Assembly (NCBI GenBank): GCA_002633005.1
Contig: NMRA01000593.1
Span: forward strand, 185,348 to 249,347
DNA: 64,000 bases
Source: Phoronis australis
Taxonomy: Eukaryota > Animalia > Phoronida
Reading direction: 5' to 3'
Of this stretch, positions 21,746 to 35,147 are shown piece by piece; position 1 is the stretch's first letter, and each line of letters opens with the position of its first letter. A model generated the notes under the pieces. That model was not told the origin of the DNA. It saw only the letters and a program-made list of their open reading frames with translations, and did no database searches. Made by a program: the position numbers and the translations under genes.

Positions 21746-24700
21746 ATGACAGAGGTATGAATACTTACGGTCAGACTTAAGTTTAGTGGACCTGAGTTCT
21801 ACGTCCAGGTGCTTATTAGAGTGAGGCAAAGACAACCACCACTCATGGTTCAGGGGCAGGGCAGGGTTGACAGTATTCAGTAACCACCGTCTCTAGCTGC
21901 CAGTAAAGACGGTGAATCTCCTATTGTAATGTCGTCTTGTTACTGTTAGGCTTCTTGATGATACGTTGTAGCAAATGAGTGCTGTCAAAAGAAAATAATT
22001 ATACTACATACGAGTCATCTTTGTAGTGTTGCACATTGAACCTCCATGGCATCAGAGGGCTACCTCACAATCGGTTTGTTGAGGTGGCTATTGCGTGACT
22101 TTAATGAGGTGAATCCGCCGAAGTGCTCCATAGCTAATTGCACACAACAATATAAGATATCGGTTGTAGTTGCATAGGTGGGTGACCGGCAGTGGGTCCA
22201 TGATTTAAAATTGAATTGAGAACCTGAGTTACTTCACTGAGTAATGGGCATTATTCCGTCGTAGTTATCGTTATCAAATCAGGAACACATCATGTATCCG
22301 ACTATAAACCTAAGATACCCAATATGCAAGTGTTGCTGGTAAACAACACAACAACTATAGCCTCTTGTCTGTTCACTAGCAGCATTCGTCTCCTCCAAAA
22401 ATAGTAGCGACCAATCTTATATTGTGCACTGTTCATTCGTCTCATTCTGACACGATGCATGCCCTTCACTTCTTGTAGTTATAACTAAATCAAGGAAATA
22501 GTCTGATATAACATGCCTGTATTTTGAGAGCCAGTTTGATGCTTGTTTTTCAGTGGAGAAAACTGGTTCTCAAAAATCGGGCACGTTATTTTAATTGTAT
22601 CCGATCATTACGCTAAAGCAATCCTCTGTCGAATATCTTGCTTTATACTTATGGGTTTAATCAAGAGTCCCAAAATTTACCTTTTGCAGTGCAGGTGGAG
22701 TTTTAATTAAATTTGCCATAATATTGTCAGAAACTTTTGTTTGGACTGCATGAATTGAAGCTTGACTGAATTGTTTTAAAAATTGTAATAAAGTACCCAG
22801 ATTTAACTTCTCCAGACAATGAATGACCATTTGCTTACCTGTAATAATTGAAAGTAATTGGCTTTGCTATTGTTAAGTGTGTTTTATTTGAACTAAACTT
22901 GGACTGTGGCATAATTTTAGGAAAAGAAAGAAACAAAAGTGGACCCAACCAAAGATGCACTGTCGATCAATGACAGTGCATTCGAATCTCTGGAGAAGGA
23001 CTTCCAAGATGCTTTGGCTGAACTCAAAGGTGACAGAAGTTTGGAGAAGTTCCGTGTGGAGTACGAAAAGCTTCACCGTGCCTTGAAGAAGTCCCACGAC
23101 AGTGAGAAGAGACTGATGCAGAAATGTCGCGAGCTCAATGCAGAAATTGTTGCCAACTCTGCAAAAGTCGCCACGGCGCTGAAATTATCACAGGAAGACC
23201 AAGCTACTATCGCCTCTCTCAAGAAGGAGATAGAAAAGGCATGGAAGATGGTGGATGCTGCCCACGAGAAGGAGACACGGGCAAGAGAGACAATCCAGTC
23301 TCTGAAGCTTGAGATCTCTAATCTAACAAAACTGGTGGAACAGGGAGCTGGCTTAACCATGGGCCAGGAGCACAGGTAGGGCATTGGATTGCAAAAGTAT
23401 GTTTATAAAATAAATTTGTTTTGTTCAGTTTGTTTAGGTGCACTCTGACATAGAAGCAATTTGTGTTTAATGGTACAGTATGTGGACGGTGTTTTTAACT
23501 AACATTGAACTGAAGTTAGAATTAACAGGGCTCGACGCTATTAAAATCGCCAGGTCGCATTTTGCGACCTAGCCAAAATCCCAAGTCGCATTTTCAAAAT
23601 CCANTGAAGTTAGAATTAATGGATCTGTACACGTGCTGCCGTTCTTACTTTGTTACGATTTCAATGAAATTCAGGTCGTCATTAAGATTGTTTTTTCAAT
23701 CAATTTTGTTTATTGGTGCCAATGACTGTTTGTTCCCCCCTAGTGTTAACGAGCTGTTGAAACAGAAGGAAGACCTAACCAAGGAGCGTGATGACGCGCT
23801 AGGTGAGGTTGTCAAACTACGTGAACAAATGACTAATGCCCAAGACCAGCAAGGCAAATTGGAGCAAGACAGAGCAGATGCTGAAATGAAGATATCTGAG
23901 GTAGATCGCCATCTGGTGGCTTCAGATGTTAACCAGTAATACAAGTAACTATAGCAGCTCTAGTCACCGTTTTGTGAGAGCTGAGGAAAATCTTGGCACC
24001 ATAAGATAGTAGAAAATCGTGCACATTTTAACAATTGGCTTTTCTTGATAGACAGAAACACTGATGCATGTGCATCCCAGTCTCCCAGAACAGTAGTTCG
24101 TAGGATATCTAACAATCTTGCTACATGGCTATTTGCATTTTTTCGGTTTCTGCCAATCAGTAGATCTGGTGGCTTGGTATATCCACTGCTGATACGAGGT
24201 TTCCCCATGCCTGTAAAAAAATAATCAATGTCAACTGCTGGGCTCCCCAACTCCTGTCGGCCTAAAATCTGTGTGTTTAGTTTCTTGTTTATGATACAGA
24301 ATTTGTGCTGAGAACTACATACACTCAATGTCTCAGTGTACTGGCTGGTCCAAGAAGTCATCTGAGGGCTTACACATTCAAGCCTCATTCAGAGCGACAG
24401 GAACGTTGCTAAACATTTATTGAGGCACAGGTGTGACTTACCCATTATGTGGTGGTCAGACTAGCTCTTACTTTGTGCAGGAGAAGAAAATTACATTTTA
24501 TACGTTCTTTCTGTTATAAGTGAGATAAAAATTCGTGCTACATCCTCATTTTCAATCTTTCTTGCAAGTATATAATTTAGATTGGTTCAATTTATGCTAT
24601 TTTAGTTCATTTCTTGTGTTATAATTTCGTAACCAAATATGTGTTAATGCCACTGGCTGAAGGTAGTGTTGCTGCTTTGCTACTCCATTTTGAACTGTAA

Positions 24701-27700
24701 GAACGTCCATAGTAGCTTGGCACTGTGGTGAATTGTTCGCTAATGCTGTCCAATCACATTCCAGCTGAAACAAGATATCCAGATGAGGAACAACGAGGCT
24801 CAGCGGGAGACGCGTAAAAAGGAAAAGATGGAGCGTGAGCTCAAGCAAGCGCGCGCCGATCTTGACGCGCGCTCCTCTGACATTAAGTCAATGACGACCC
24901 AGATCGAGCGCTACAAACAAGATGTTGCCAAACTAGAATCACAGCTCAAAGAACAAAGGGTGGGTTGGCACCAGTGCACTATATGCGTGTTAGATTTTTA
25001 GTGTTGGAGCACTGTGAATATGTTGCCTAACCAATGAAAAATTTATCATGATTTGTACCCTGTGAAAAATAGTGAATTGGTAAAATTCATACTATTCATA
25101 AATAGGTGTCATGATTTGATACACATGATTGACTTCGCTGGTTCAGCCGAGTCAACCAGGTGAGATACCTGATTGGTTCTTGATGAGGACTTTTGGCTTA
25201 CAGACCAATGACTTCTCTGCTTGACCACAGGCAAAGCTGGCAAAGTCAATCAAGCACAGCTAGTGTGCCAGTTATCTAGTGTAGGTGAACTATTGTATCA
25301 ACAGGTCACATGGAAATGAAAGTCCCACCAAAATATTGCAAAGCAGTGGTGCCATCTTTCATAGTTGTACCTTCTGTTTTATATCAACCGCTATGATGGC
25401 TGAAAATTAATGTATTAGTTTTAGTCAGAATTTTTTTTAAAAAATAAGCTTTAGCTTTTGTTGCAGAAGATCAATGTCTGCATTGCTTATTTGAAAGGTT
25501 GTTCCTACAATATGGCCGCTATGGTCAGGTTGATATCTAAAGACTCTTATGAATTCTATGTGTTCCCCCATTGTTCAGGTGATGAATGAGCGAATCACCA
25601 AGGACTCGGATATCTTAAATCAGCGTTTCCAGAAGCTACAGGGAGACTTTGAAGCTCAAATCGTCGCCACAGACAGTCTGCACGGAGAGAACCAGGCCAA
25701 AGTGTCGGAACTAAAGGTATGACGCTACTATGTTTACATTACAGGCAACTTGAGTGGAAACAAATTAATAATTATTTGTTTATTGATGTTAATTCTTCAG
25801 CCAATCTGAGACAAAAAAAAAATTTAAAGCATTTGAAGGGTTGTCTCGTGGTGAAGCGCTTTGGGGGCTCAAACATTACCACACTCGTGGATTGTTGCAC
25901 CATTTTCGAATTTGCAATTTAGGGCTGGCAACCCCCAATAAACTCTGAAGTATTTTCTTAAGTCGCTGATGGTTTTAATCTTCTTGTTGGTAATGGAAAT
26001 AGAATTCTATCGTGGTTAGAACTAGTGTGAGACGAATTTTGTGACAGTAAAATGGCTAATTTGATTTTTTTAGCAAACTAACCTGGGCAAAGTGCACCTT
26101 TAAATTGAATGAAAATATTTGCTTCATTTCATTGATGCCATCTTCTAATTAATTCTTGTGATAGTGCCATCTATTGTATAAAACTTACACTGTCCACATG
26201 TTGCATTGTCAATTACCCACTTACCTATTTGGTGTATTCTTCTGTAGCAAAAAGAAGATGAGGTGGGCGCGCTCAAATCGGAGGCACAGCGCATGTCTAA
26301 GATGAGAGAGACTGTCCAGCGCAAGCTGCGCACTGTAGAGGATCAGAAGGCAGACGTAGAACAACAGAGGGAGACACTGAAGAGCCAGATTACTGGCTTA
26401 GAGCGAGGTACAGCATTTAATATTTAATAGTTAGGCAAATGAACACATTCTCAATCAAACCCCTTAAGCCAGTCTTGGCAAGCAAAAACAGAAAATGTTT
26501 CAAGATTTTTGGCATGTGCGCTTTGATCTGTATCAATGACGTTTGACAAAAAGATGGTAGGCTTACTTGAACATCATTGCAGAATATTTAAGAAACAGAC
26601 AGTAATCTGGAATTTCAGTATTTAATTTATAAAATAATGTTTTTGAAACTGTTCTAATTCAGCACACATGGATGTGTGAAATAAACTGTCAGTTGTCACC
26701 ATATCAAATTCTCCAATAAGTTTGGCTTGTGTTTTGATATCTTTTTTGCATTTGAGCCTCAGAATGTGTTAATTTTTACTGCAGCATCTGTTAATTTTTT
26801 ATCGTGTACCTTAATTAGCAAAAATGTAATGCGGTTTTAATTGGTTGACAGAGCTTGATGCTGCCAAGAAGCAAGCCGAAGCTGACAGAAAGGCCATTGA
26901 TGATCTTGTGAGAGAGAGGGACATTCTTAATAAGGTAATGTAGTACACAGTCACAGAGGAAACGTGTGCGTTTATCATACGTGTTGTCACAATATGAACT
27001 GATCCAGCTTCTGGCTCCCGCTTTAAACAAGAGTACTTTGTCTAGTTTTGACTGATTTAGCAAATGTTGCCACAGTGGTAGATGGCGCTCCTCACCCATT
27101 GTTCAGCTGCATTTGTCACTCCACAGAGTTTTTTCTTTGTTCCCTCCTTGTTAAGTCAAATGCTACCTCTGACATACCGTTGCATCTTGTCATGTACAGC
27201 CTTTAAAAAATAATTGCAAGTGGGCTGGTACGCGTTGTACCAGATGTGCGCAATCCGCTCAGTGAACCTACTCCACTGTTTACCTGTTGGAGCCTTTAGA
27301 TAACGTGCCAATTATACTGTCAAAACAACCAAACTGAAGACTAAAACAAAAGCTTTCATTGTCTCAATAAACAATTTTCTGATCATGTCCTGTCTTGCCA
27401 TTGAGTTAATTCCACCTGTCACTCATCGCGTATATCTCTCGTTTTGTAGAACATGCTGAAGGCGGCAGGTGCCACCCAGAAGCAGCTGAATTTGGTGAAA
27501 CTGCACGAGCAGTCCAAGAAGAACCTGGAGCAGGAGATTCAGAATTACAAAGAGGAGGCGCAGAAACAGAGGAAGATCATCTACCAGCTGGAGAAGGAGC
27601 GGGATCGCTACATCAACGAGGCTAGCGACCTCACCCAGAAGGTGAGTTGAGGGGCAAGAGGAAGGAGAGAAAAGAAAATGGGGTAAAACTTGCATAGCTC

Positions 27701-30700
27701 GGATCGAACGGGTCCAAGTTCGGCAACGATTCGACTTATGTGTGTCGTACTTAGACACGTTTTGCTATTGATCTATGGTAGATTTGTTGTAATTGTTGTT
27801 GTTATTGTGTGAGCTGTAGATTGCTACGTTTTTGGCTCCTACCTGTATATTACCAATATGTCAGAAGTTTTCGAAATTCAGAAATTTCTGACAGAAGTTG
27901 AGTCATTTGTTGGCGTTTTTGTGATTTTGTGCTTGTTATCGCTATAATTACTAAATCGTCTTCATCCTCAGGTTCTGCAACACATGGAAGATGTGAAAGT
28001 TAGAGAGATGCAGATCTTTGACTACAAGAAGAAGATCGCCGAGGCAGAGACCAAGCTGAAACAACAGCAGAACCTGTATGAGGCCGTCAGGAGTGACCGG
28101 AACCTGTACAGCAAGAACCTGATTGAATCACAGGTGAGACCATGAGGGCCCTCTGTCTGTGGGGTCTGTAGGTGTGGGTCAGCTCTTGGAGAGACGTTTA
28201 TGATAATCAATTGAGATTTTAGGAGTTTCTGGTGTGAACAAGTTTTACTTTAATTGAATCTGGCTAAGAGAAGGTCAGTTTCGTAATTAGAGTAATATGA
28301 GGTGAGACTGCTCATAAGAATGCATTATTGGTAATGTGCTGAAATTAAGAAACTTTGCTAACTTGTGCAAATACATCAACATAAAAATCATACTTTCTTT
28401 TTGGGACAGATATGTGTTGAAAAAACGAACCAAAATTGGTGTCCGCAATTATGATTTTTGTGTCACTGTTTACAATATGCAATTTTTGTCTCGGTGATAG
28501 GATGAGATTACGGAGATGAAGCGCAAGCTGAAGATCATGAACCACCAGATTGATCAGCTGAAGGAGGAGATCTCCTCAAAGGAGGCAGCACTTGTCAAGG
28601 AGCAGCTGGAGCGCCAACGTGTGGACAAGGAGAAAGAAAGCCTGAAGATGGAGTTGCAGAGGATGAAACAACAGGTCAGTGGAACAAGCGAGCTGGGATG
28701 TCATAGGTTGAAGTTTCGATATTATTAAAGATCCGATACTGAGTTTAGCATATTGAAGGATTTTTTATCTAAAACAAAATCTTTCAAAAGTTTGCAGCGT
28801 GTTTTGTTAGCTTCTTCCTGAGAGTTTGTTCAATGGAAAAGCGTCATCTGTTTGTTGCCAATCAGTACCTGTGTGTGTATATAACTCCATAGCATACACA
28901 ATCAACTAAATGGATAGTGTTAAAGGCTTTTCCTTGTAAAATACCTTGATTGTTCACAGGCGTCAGAGAGCAAGGCATACATTGAGGCTCAAGAAGCTGA
29001 AGAACGTAAACTGCTAAAGATCATTGCTGAAGCCGACGCTGAGCGTGTACGTCAGAAGAAGGAGCTCGATCAGGTGATCAGCGAGCGCGACATCTTGGGC
29101 ACGCAGCTGGTGCGCCGCAATGACGAGTTAGCTCTCCTGTACGAGAAGATCAAAATACAGCAATCGACACTGAACAAAGGCGAGATACAGTACAACCAAC
29201 GTCTGGAGGATATCCGTGTGTTGAAGCTGGAGATTAAGAAACTGCGACGGGAGAAGTCGATACTGCAGAAGAGCGTGGCTAATGTAGACGATCTGAGGTG
29301 AGGGGAAATGTAGTGTATTTCCATTAGCTTTTACTTAATAGGTATTATTTGAGATAAATGTGGTTACAGACAAGCTTAGGATGAGGAAGAATGATGTTTT
29401 AGTGGTAATAGCTGACTTTCAAAATAGCCGCACCATATTGAAATTCACTAACCCGCCAGACGGCAATCAGGTCTTGGGTGGACAGGCATTCAGCGCCACC
29501 TTCAGAGCCCATGTAGTGCGGATGGGAGGTTCAAACGTACCGATGCCTTTCAACACTCAGGGCTTGGAATTTTCCGCGGAAACGCGGATTTCCGCTTTTT
29601 TGAAATGTGCTTTCCGCTTTTTTATAATATTTCCGCGTAAAAAATCGGATTTGATATGAAATTTCCGCGGCAAATTCCTTTCTTACCGCGGCGTTGCAGA
29701 CGACGTTCACCTCGGAAAGCGGAAGTTGCTCTTTATGTTTCGGAGGAACGTAAATTGTCAACATTGCCGGGGCATCTGGGTAAAGCGTGGTGTGATTTTC
29801 AGTGGCGGCTCGTGTTATTGTTAAGCGCGGCGACAAATACTACCGCTCTGCAGCCAAAATTGTGTGGGTTGGGAGTGGACGGGCGAGCTAAAAGGACACA
29901 GACGCATGCTACTGATGGTGGTAACATTTTTTTTTTTTTAGTCCTCCCAATTTTTGTCGCGGAAAGGTTCACATTGACCATTTCAAAGGCTGGTTATCGG
30001 CCATGATTTGGGCCGTAAAAGTTTCCGCGTTTTTTGTCATTGGTCATTCCAAGCCCTGAACACTGAACCTGCTATTACAATCCTGGAAATTTCCAGTGCT
30101 GTGTGGTGAGATGCCTTACGAAAAAGCCAAATCTTTTGAAATATAAATTGATGAGCAAGGGTGTCCTGTTCCATACATTTCTAACTTTAAAGATGTATCA
30201 GGCTGCGACAAAGCCAGTGGTTGCTGCTGATAAAGCGAGAGAATTTTGGTCCCAGCTGGTGTCAAAAGGCTAAAATAAATTAGCCAACTTTAACTAATCA
30301 AACAATAGGAGGCGCTGACAGTGGAATTATGTCCTCTCCTTTTATATTGATGAACCATTGTGTAGTTGTTGAATTTCTGTCCACTAAATCTGAGTTGGAA
30401 TCAATCCAAAGTCACTTTCTTGCTCTCATTACTCTAGAGAGCACCAATATAAAAGTCCCCTATTAGTGGCTTCATTGTCAAGGTGTCATTACTTGTTTTC
30501 TCAAGAGAGTCATTTAGCTTTTCCATGTTAAGCACAAATCATGTCACTGTTTGACCATCTCATGCAATTTTTGGCTGGTCATATCACTCTTTAGGTAGCT
30601 GTGTTAACCACCCTTAAGTGCTGTGACCAGTGAAGTGTATAATGTATTGTGTGTTTACAGACGTGAAGTGTACCACATCCAGCGTGAACTGCTACGGGAG

Positions 30701-32708
30701 CGTACTCGTTGCAAGGCACTTGAGGAAGAATTGGAGAATCCCATGAATATTCACAGATGGAGGAAACTAGAGGTAATTTTTCAACTGACTGTAATGACTG
30801 GAAACATTGACATATGCTACATACAGTGAGACTGAAACAAGCACCATTCATGGCTATTTGAATGTTTTTTTATCAAATGGTAGTATTTCTAAATCCATAT
30901 GCTTTAATTCTATTAATCCTGTAATTGAGAAATAAAATGCCTGAGAGCTCTCATGGTTAGTTTTGAATCAGGCACATGAATCTGATAAAAGTTGTTGTCA
31001 CTTTAGAAATCACGATGATTTACTCTTCGGTCAGTGATTGGTTCAGCCAAGACTAAATCTAAAAGCTTCTCTGCGGTCAGTCGAGGTTACTTTTGATTCT
31101 CTAGTGTGTTCATTCATCGGGAACTTACTGTTTGTCCTTGTATTCCAGGGCAGTGACCCAAGCACCTATGAAATGATTCAGAAGATACAGACGCTGCAGA
31201 AGAGACTGATCGCCAAAACCGAGGAAGTTGTCGAGAAAGAGCTGCTCATTCAGGAGAAAGAGAAGCTGTACGTGGAACTGAAGCACATCTTGGCAAGGCA
31301 GCCAGGCCCAGAGGTGGCAGAACAGCTGCAGATCTATCAGCAGACGCTCAAGGAGAAAACGAAACAAATGAAGGTAGGTGGATGAGTCAGGTTGCAATGT
31401 TTGTCAGAAGCAAGGAGATGATAGTTGTATAATATGTGAACTATAGACCCACAGTAGGTAAATATGTCTGTTTGTTGACTGGAATAAAAAACATGTTAGT
31501 TTTGTCAAATTGATTGGTTTACTGTAGTTATTATGCATTTTAATTTTCAGTTTAGATGTTTGAATCAAGATTGCTGTTGAAGATCAGGAACAAAAGCTTG
31601 GTTCAATAATTTGATCTGAGTGTCTGTATAGGTCACGGTCACTTTTTTGCTTAACTGGTCCTGAACCTCCAATTGAGCTCTTACCATATTTCTTTTGTCT
31701 GTCAAAAACCAGTTACCAATTGAACAACTTGTATTTAGACTGTCTTGAATTAGTATCGGTGTTTGTTTCGTGACATTTTTACGAGGAGCTAAGACCGAAG
31801 ACAAAAGTTTCATAAAATGGTCCCTTGTGGTTTCTTGGAAGGTTCATATTTAATAGCGTGCTTTAATTTGCGCAGGGCATGGCGTCGGAGTTGAACATGT
31901 ACGAGTCACAGGTGCAGGAGTACAAGTATGAGATCGAACGACTGGCGCGTGAACTGCAGGAGGTAAAGAAGAAGTACTACATGCAGCGGAGGAAGGAGCA
32001 ACAGCAGAAGTGAGTAAACAGGCTCCATCGGATTGTATTATGCAGCGTCAATGTAATTTAAAAGTTGGTTGTCAGATATTGGAGATACGGCCTTCCTCAA
32101 TCCTGGAGGAATTTCACAAAGTATAGTCATCTGGGGAAAAGTGTTGTCACACTTAAGTCAGAAATTTGGTGTTACACTCCCTCTGTGCTATTTGTAAAGT
32201 AAAGATTTTTGAATGTAATTGTTTACAGTTAAGTAATAATTTATACAAAATTTTGTAAATAACTAGCAAAATTTGAGAATATTCTCAAAGACTATGTACT
32301 TTGCTGCATCGAGATTAATTTATTTTTTAGAAGTGGTGATGTGGACCGTTTAACCTGAATTTCTGAGTTAAGCCCCAAGACGTTCATTTTGGAATAAACT
32401 AATGAAAATACTATGTATGTAATAGGTGTTATTTTGGGTCCAGTCATTGTGAGAAAGATTTTGTTTCAATAATCAGCCAAATATCAGGACAATCTTTGTG
32501 TGAAAGTTGTTGTCTAACTAATGCTTCTTCTTTAAGTTTTCCTCTATGTGGTAAGTACATATTATGTAATGACTTAAATTTTCTTTTCAGGGAACGTGAA
32601 CGAGCTATCGCTCAAGCAGGTCAGGCAGCCATACAACCTCAAAGGACAGATGCTGCCAGATTCACCGGAGGGGGATTTAACTTGAAGGCAACTAAAGGGG
32701 TGTCTTAA
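21746..32708 (+). CDS. CFAP58: Cilia- and flagella-associated protein 58 (CCDC147), ~883 aa, 15 exons
   Basis: Exons 21746-21754, 22921-23375, 23744-23900, 24765-24959, 25579-25716, 26248-26407, 26852-26934, 27450-27641, 27972-28133, 28501-28674, 28960-29297, 30661-30772, 31149-31373, 31876-32009, 32591-32708 (2652 nt, phases match). Diagnostic sequences: SLEKFRVEYEKLH..KCRELNAEIV.NSAKVATALKLSQ, LYEAVRSDRNLYSKNL, LVRRNDELALLYEKIKIQQS, ENPMNIHRWRKLE, FTGGGF. The 9-nt first exon is the least certain. Confidence 0.95.
23526..23603. mobile_element. Truncated left end of a hAT-like MITE (CAGGGCTCGAC...GGTCGCATTTTGCGACC)
   Basis: CAGGG terminus and short GTCGCA subterminal repeats, cut off at the N at 23604. 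Confidence 0.4.
29558..30058. mobile_element. 501-bp hAT-like MITE in CFAP58 intron 11
   Basis: Perfect 13-bp TIR CAGGGCTTGGAAT / ATTCCAAGCCCTG. 6-bp direct repeat AACACT on both flanks (29552-29557, 30059-30064). Repeated TTTCCGCG subterminal motifs. Confidence 0.85.
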
Positions 32709-34157
32709 TCTCTGGAACAATTAACCACACATGAACTCTTGCTGATTATGTTTTATCAATATTTATTACTGACATCTTTTGGCTGTGAACAGCACTACTC
32801 TCTGCTGTGTGAGATATCACTGTCTTCATCTATTGATGTTCAAAGTGCAAAACAATCAATTGGTTTTAATTAATATTCTATCAATCAAAAATTATTGTGT
32901 TAAAGGTCAGTTGTGAGCATTATGTAATGCAAGATATGTATAATAAAGTTCGTTGTTTCTATGAAGTTTTGATACAGCATTGTTTCGTTGCAAGGCATTC
33001 ACTCTTTTTGAGACGCACAGTCTATTATATGCAGAATGCATTTACGGGCTTCCATGCTTTTTAGTGCGTTAGCACATCATGATTCAGACCTCTCAAAGTT
33101 TAACTTTTTCCCAATTTTTCCTATTGTTTTGGAGGTATTCCTGTTTTTTCCTACTTTTTACGTTTTTCTACTTTTTTGTAGAGATTTGTCGATGAGTAAA
33201 TTTCTTGAAACAACGATTGAAGTATCAATTTATCAGAACTATTTGACAACTGTGCTAACTGTATCAGTTAGAGTTTTCAAGCTGTTGCATTGAACAATGG
33301 GTCCTCTTTGACACTGGTATTTCGAGAAAGGTTGCTTGAAACAAGGGTGTTAAAACTGATCACATGTTCACCCTTCACTCATTAACATAAAGCGGATAGA
33401 GATTGCCTGGAATATTGGATATTATTTGGTTTATAAAAGTGCATTTTCCATTTTATGAATACCTTCAATTGAATTTTCATTCATTCAGTTTTTTGTACAT
33501 TTGCGTTGCAATTTCATGGTTCATTTTAGTAAAACGTGACTTGATCCACAGGGCCTCAAATCTATGATTCAATTTTGAAGATCTATGGGTCATCAATTTC
33601 TGCCTGCCATTCATACATTTGCGAGGTTTTATTGCATTATTTGCATGCTTTTCCTTTGTGTTTTGCTTATGTTTACCCCCCTCTAGTAATGTATAAAGCC
33701 AGGCATTCACTTCATTTCCTGTTTAGAAACCTAACCACTGGTATTATGTTTTGTTTCTATGCCTTCCTTGTATAGACTATGCACTGCTAGACTAGTCTCA
33801 AGGCCATGGTCAAGTTTTAAGTTACAAATGAAATATATTAAATATAAATCACAAGGCACTAAGTTATTTTGAAATACTTTTGTGTACATTTGAATATACA
33901 TATATTAACGTTCAAACTTAGGCGGGTATTCCCATTACCCTAGGTGACGATGGGGTACACAGCCACAGGGGCATGTTATTTTAAAAATTAGCCCAAGTAA
34001 GGCATTCTTATTGATGATTAACTTAAAGAAAACGCCATGCCGTTTATTGATTAACACCCACTGCATGGGTAAATTTTGTGTACTAGCCGTCAGTTTCAAA
34101 ATATCTTACATTCGGCAACACTCAGAGAAAAATTGTTTTAGAACTATCACTTAGTTT

Positions 34158-34232
34158 TCTGTCCAGCCAGGAATCAAATACACGTCCCCGTCTGTCACAG
34201 TTTGCTACCTTCACCACCAGGCCAACGACTGG
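34158..34232 (-). repeat. Degenerate tRNA-like fragment
   Basis: Minus strand TTGGCCTGGTGGTGAAGG (A-box-like) ... TTTGATTCCTGG (B-box-like); short flanking IR TTAGTTTTCT / AGAAAAGCTAA. Confidence 0.4.
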
Positions 34233-34809
34233 TTGATTTTTAATTAGAAAAGCTAATTTACTTGATATGCTAATGAGCAGGTGAAAATCCATTTTGCAGA
34301 CTTTATGATGACATTGGGTGTTGTGGCTATTTATCATGCCATATTGCCTGTTTTATGGGAAATGATTTGTTACTTTGGTACTTGATACAAATAACTGAAT
34401 GGCCTTTTGTCATTGAATACAATTACACTTTGTTTAGTGTTGATTATGTTAAAATAGCAAACTATGTTATACATTAGCATAATTAGGAGCATGCAAATAC
34501 ATCTTTGTATAATTATAATGTACGACTTAATTTTGAGGTGGTTGTTCGTCCACGTGCATCGTCATGACAACGCTAAGAGATGTAGGTACTGATTTTGTTT
34601 AATTTGAATGACTTATTCCAGAAAACTACTGTCAGTTGATATAAAATGAATTACTAGCTAACATAAAGGATAAGATTGTCCAAAAAATAGTGGTCACTTG
34701 TTAAATTACGCATTTGACTGAAACATGTTCAAGATTTTGTAGCCACAATTTTTGCAATATTAATTTAAATGTTTAATGAAAAAAAAAATTAAACCAAGTA
34801 TTTGAACTG

Positions 34810-35147
34810 TTACTCACATTTTAGCAACATTGCGCCTACATCCAGCAGGCTTCAGCTTGTAAGGTGATGTTATGATGGGCCTGACCAACAGGAGGCGTCC
34901 TCGACAATGTGTCAAATCAGTACTGAGGTTCTATCCCATACATGGGACAACAGAAACCTGAGACCACCATGTCTAGTCAATGATGGTTTCAATTGTCATT
35001 GAATAAACATGGCGGCCTCAGGTTTCACCGGTCCCATATATGGGATAGAACTCTTGCTATGATGCCACCTGTTGGTAAGGTCCAAACATAACAATTGCCA
35101 AGCTGAAGCCCATGGGATGAGAGCGCAACATCGCTAAATGTGAGTTA
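34810..35147. repeat. ~340-bp foldback (hairpin) MITE-like element between CFAP58 and the nuclear receptor
   Basis: Paired arms: ACTCACATTT(T)AGC/GCTAAATGTGAGT, GGCTTCAGCTTG/CAAGCTGAAGCC, CCAACAGG/CCTGTTGG, GTTCTATCCCATA/TATGGGATAGAAC, GAAACCTGAG/CTCAGGTTTC, TCAATGA/TCATTGA. Confidence 0.8.

Noticed and set aside
22873-31397. Minus-strand ORFs overlapping CFAP58 exons
   Set aside because: Antisense shadows of coiled-coil codon usage with no independent motifs.
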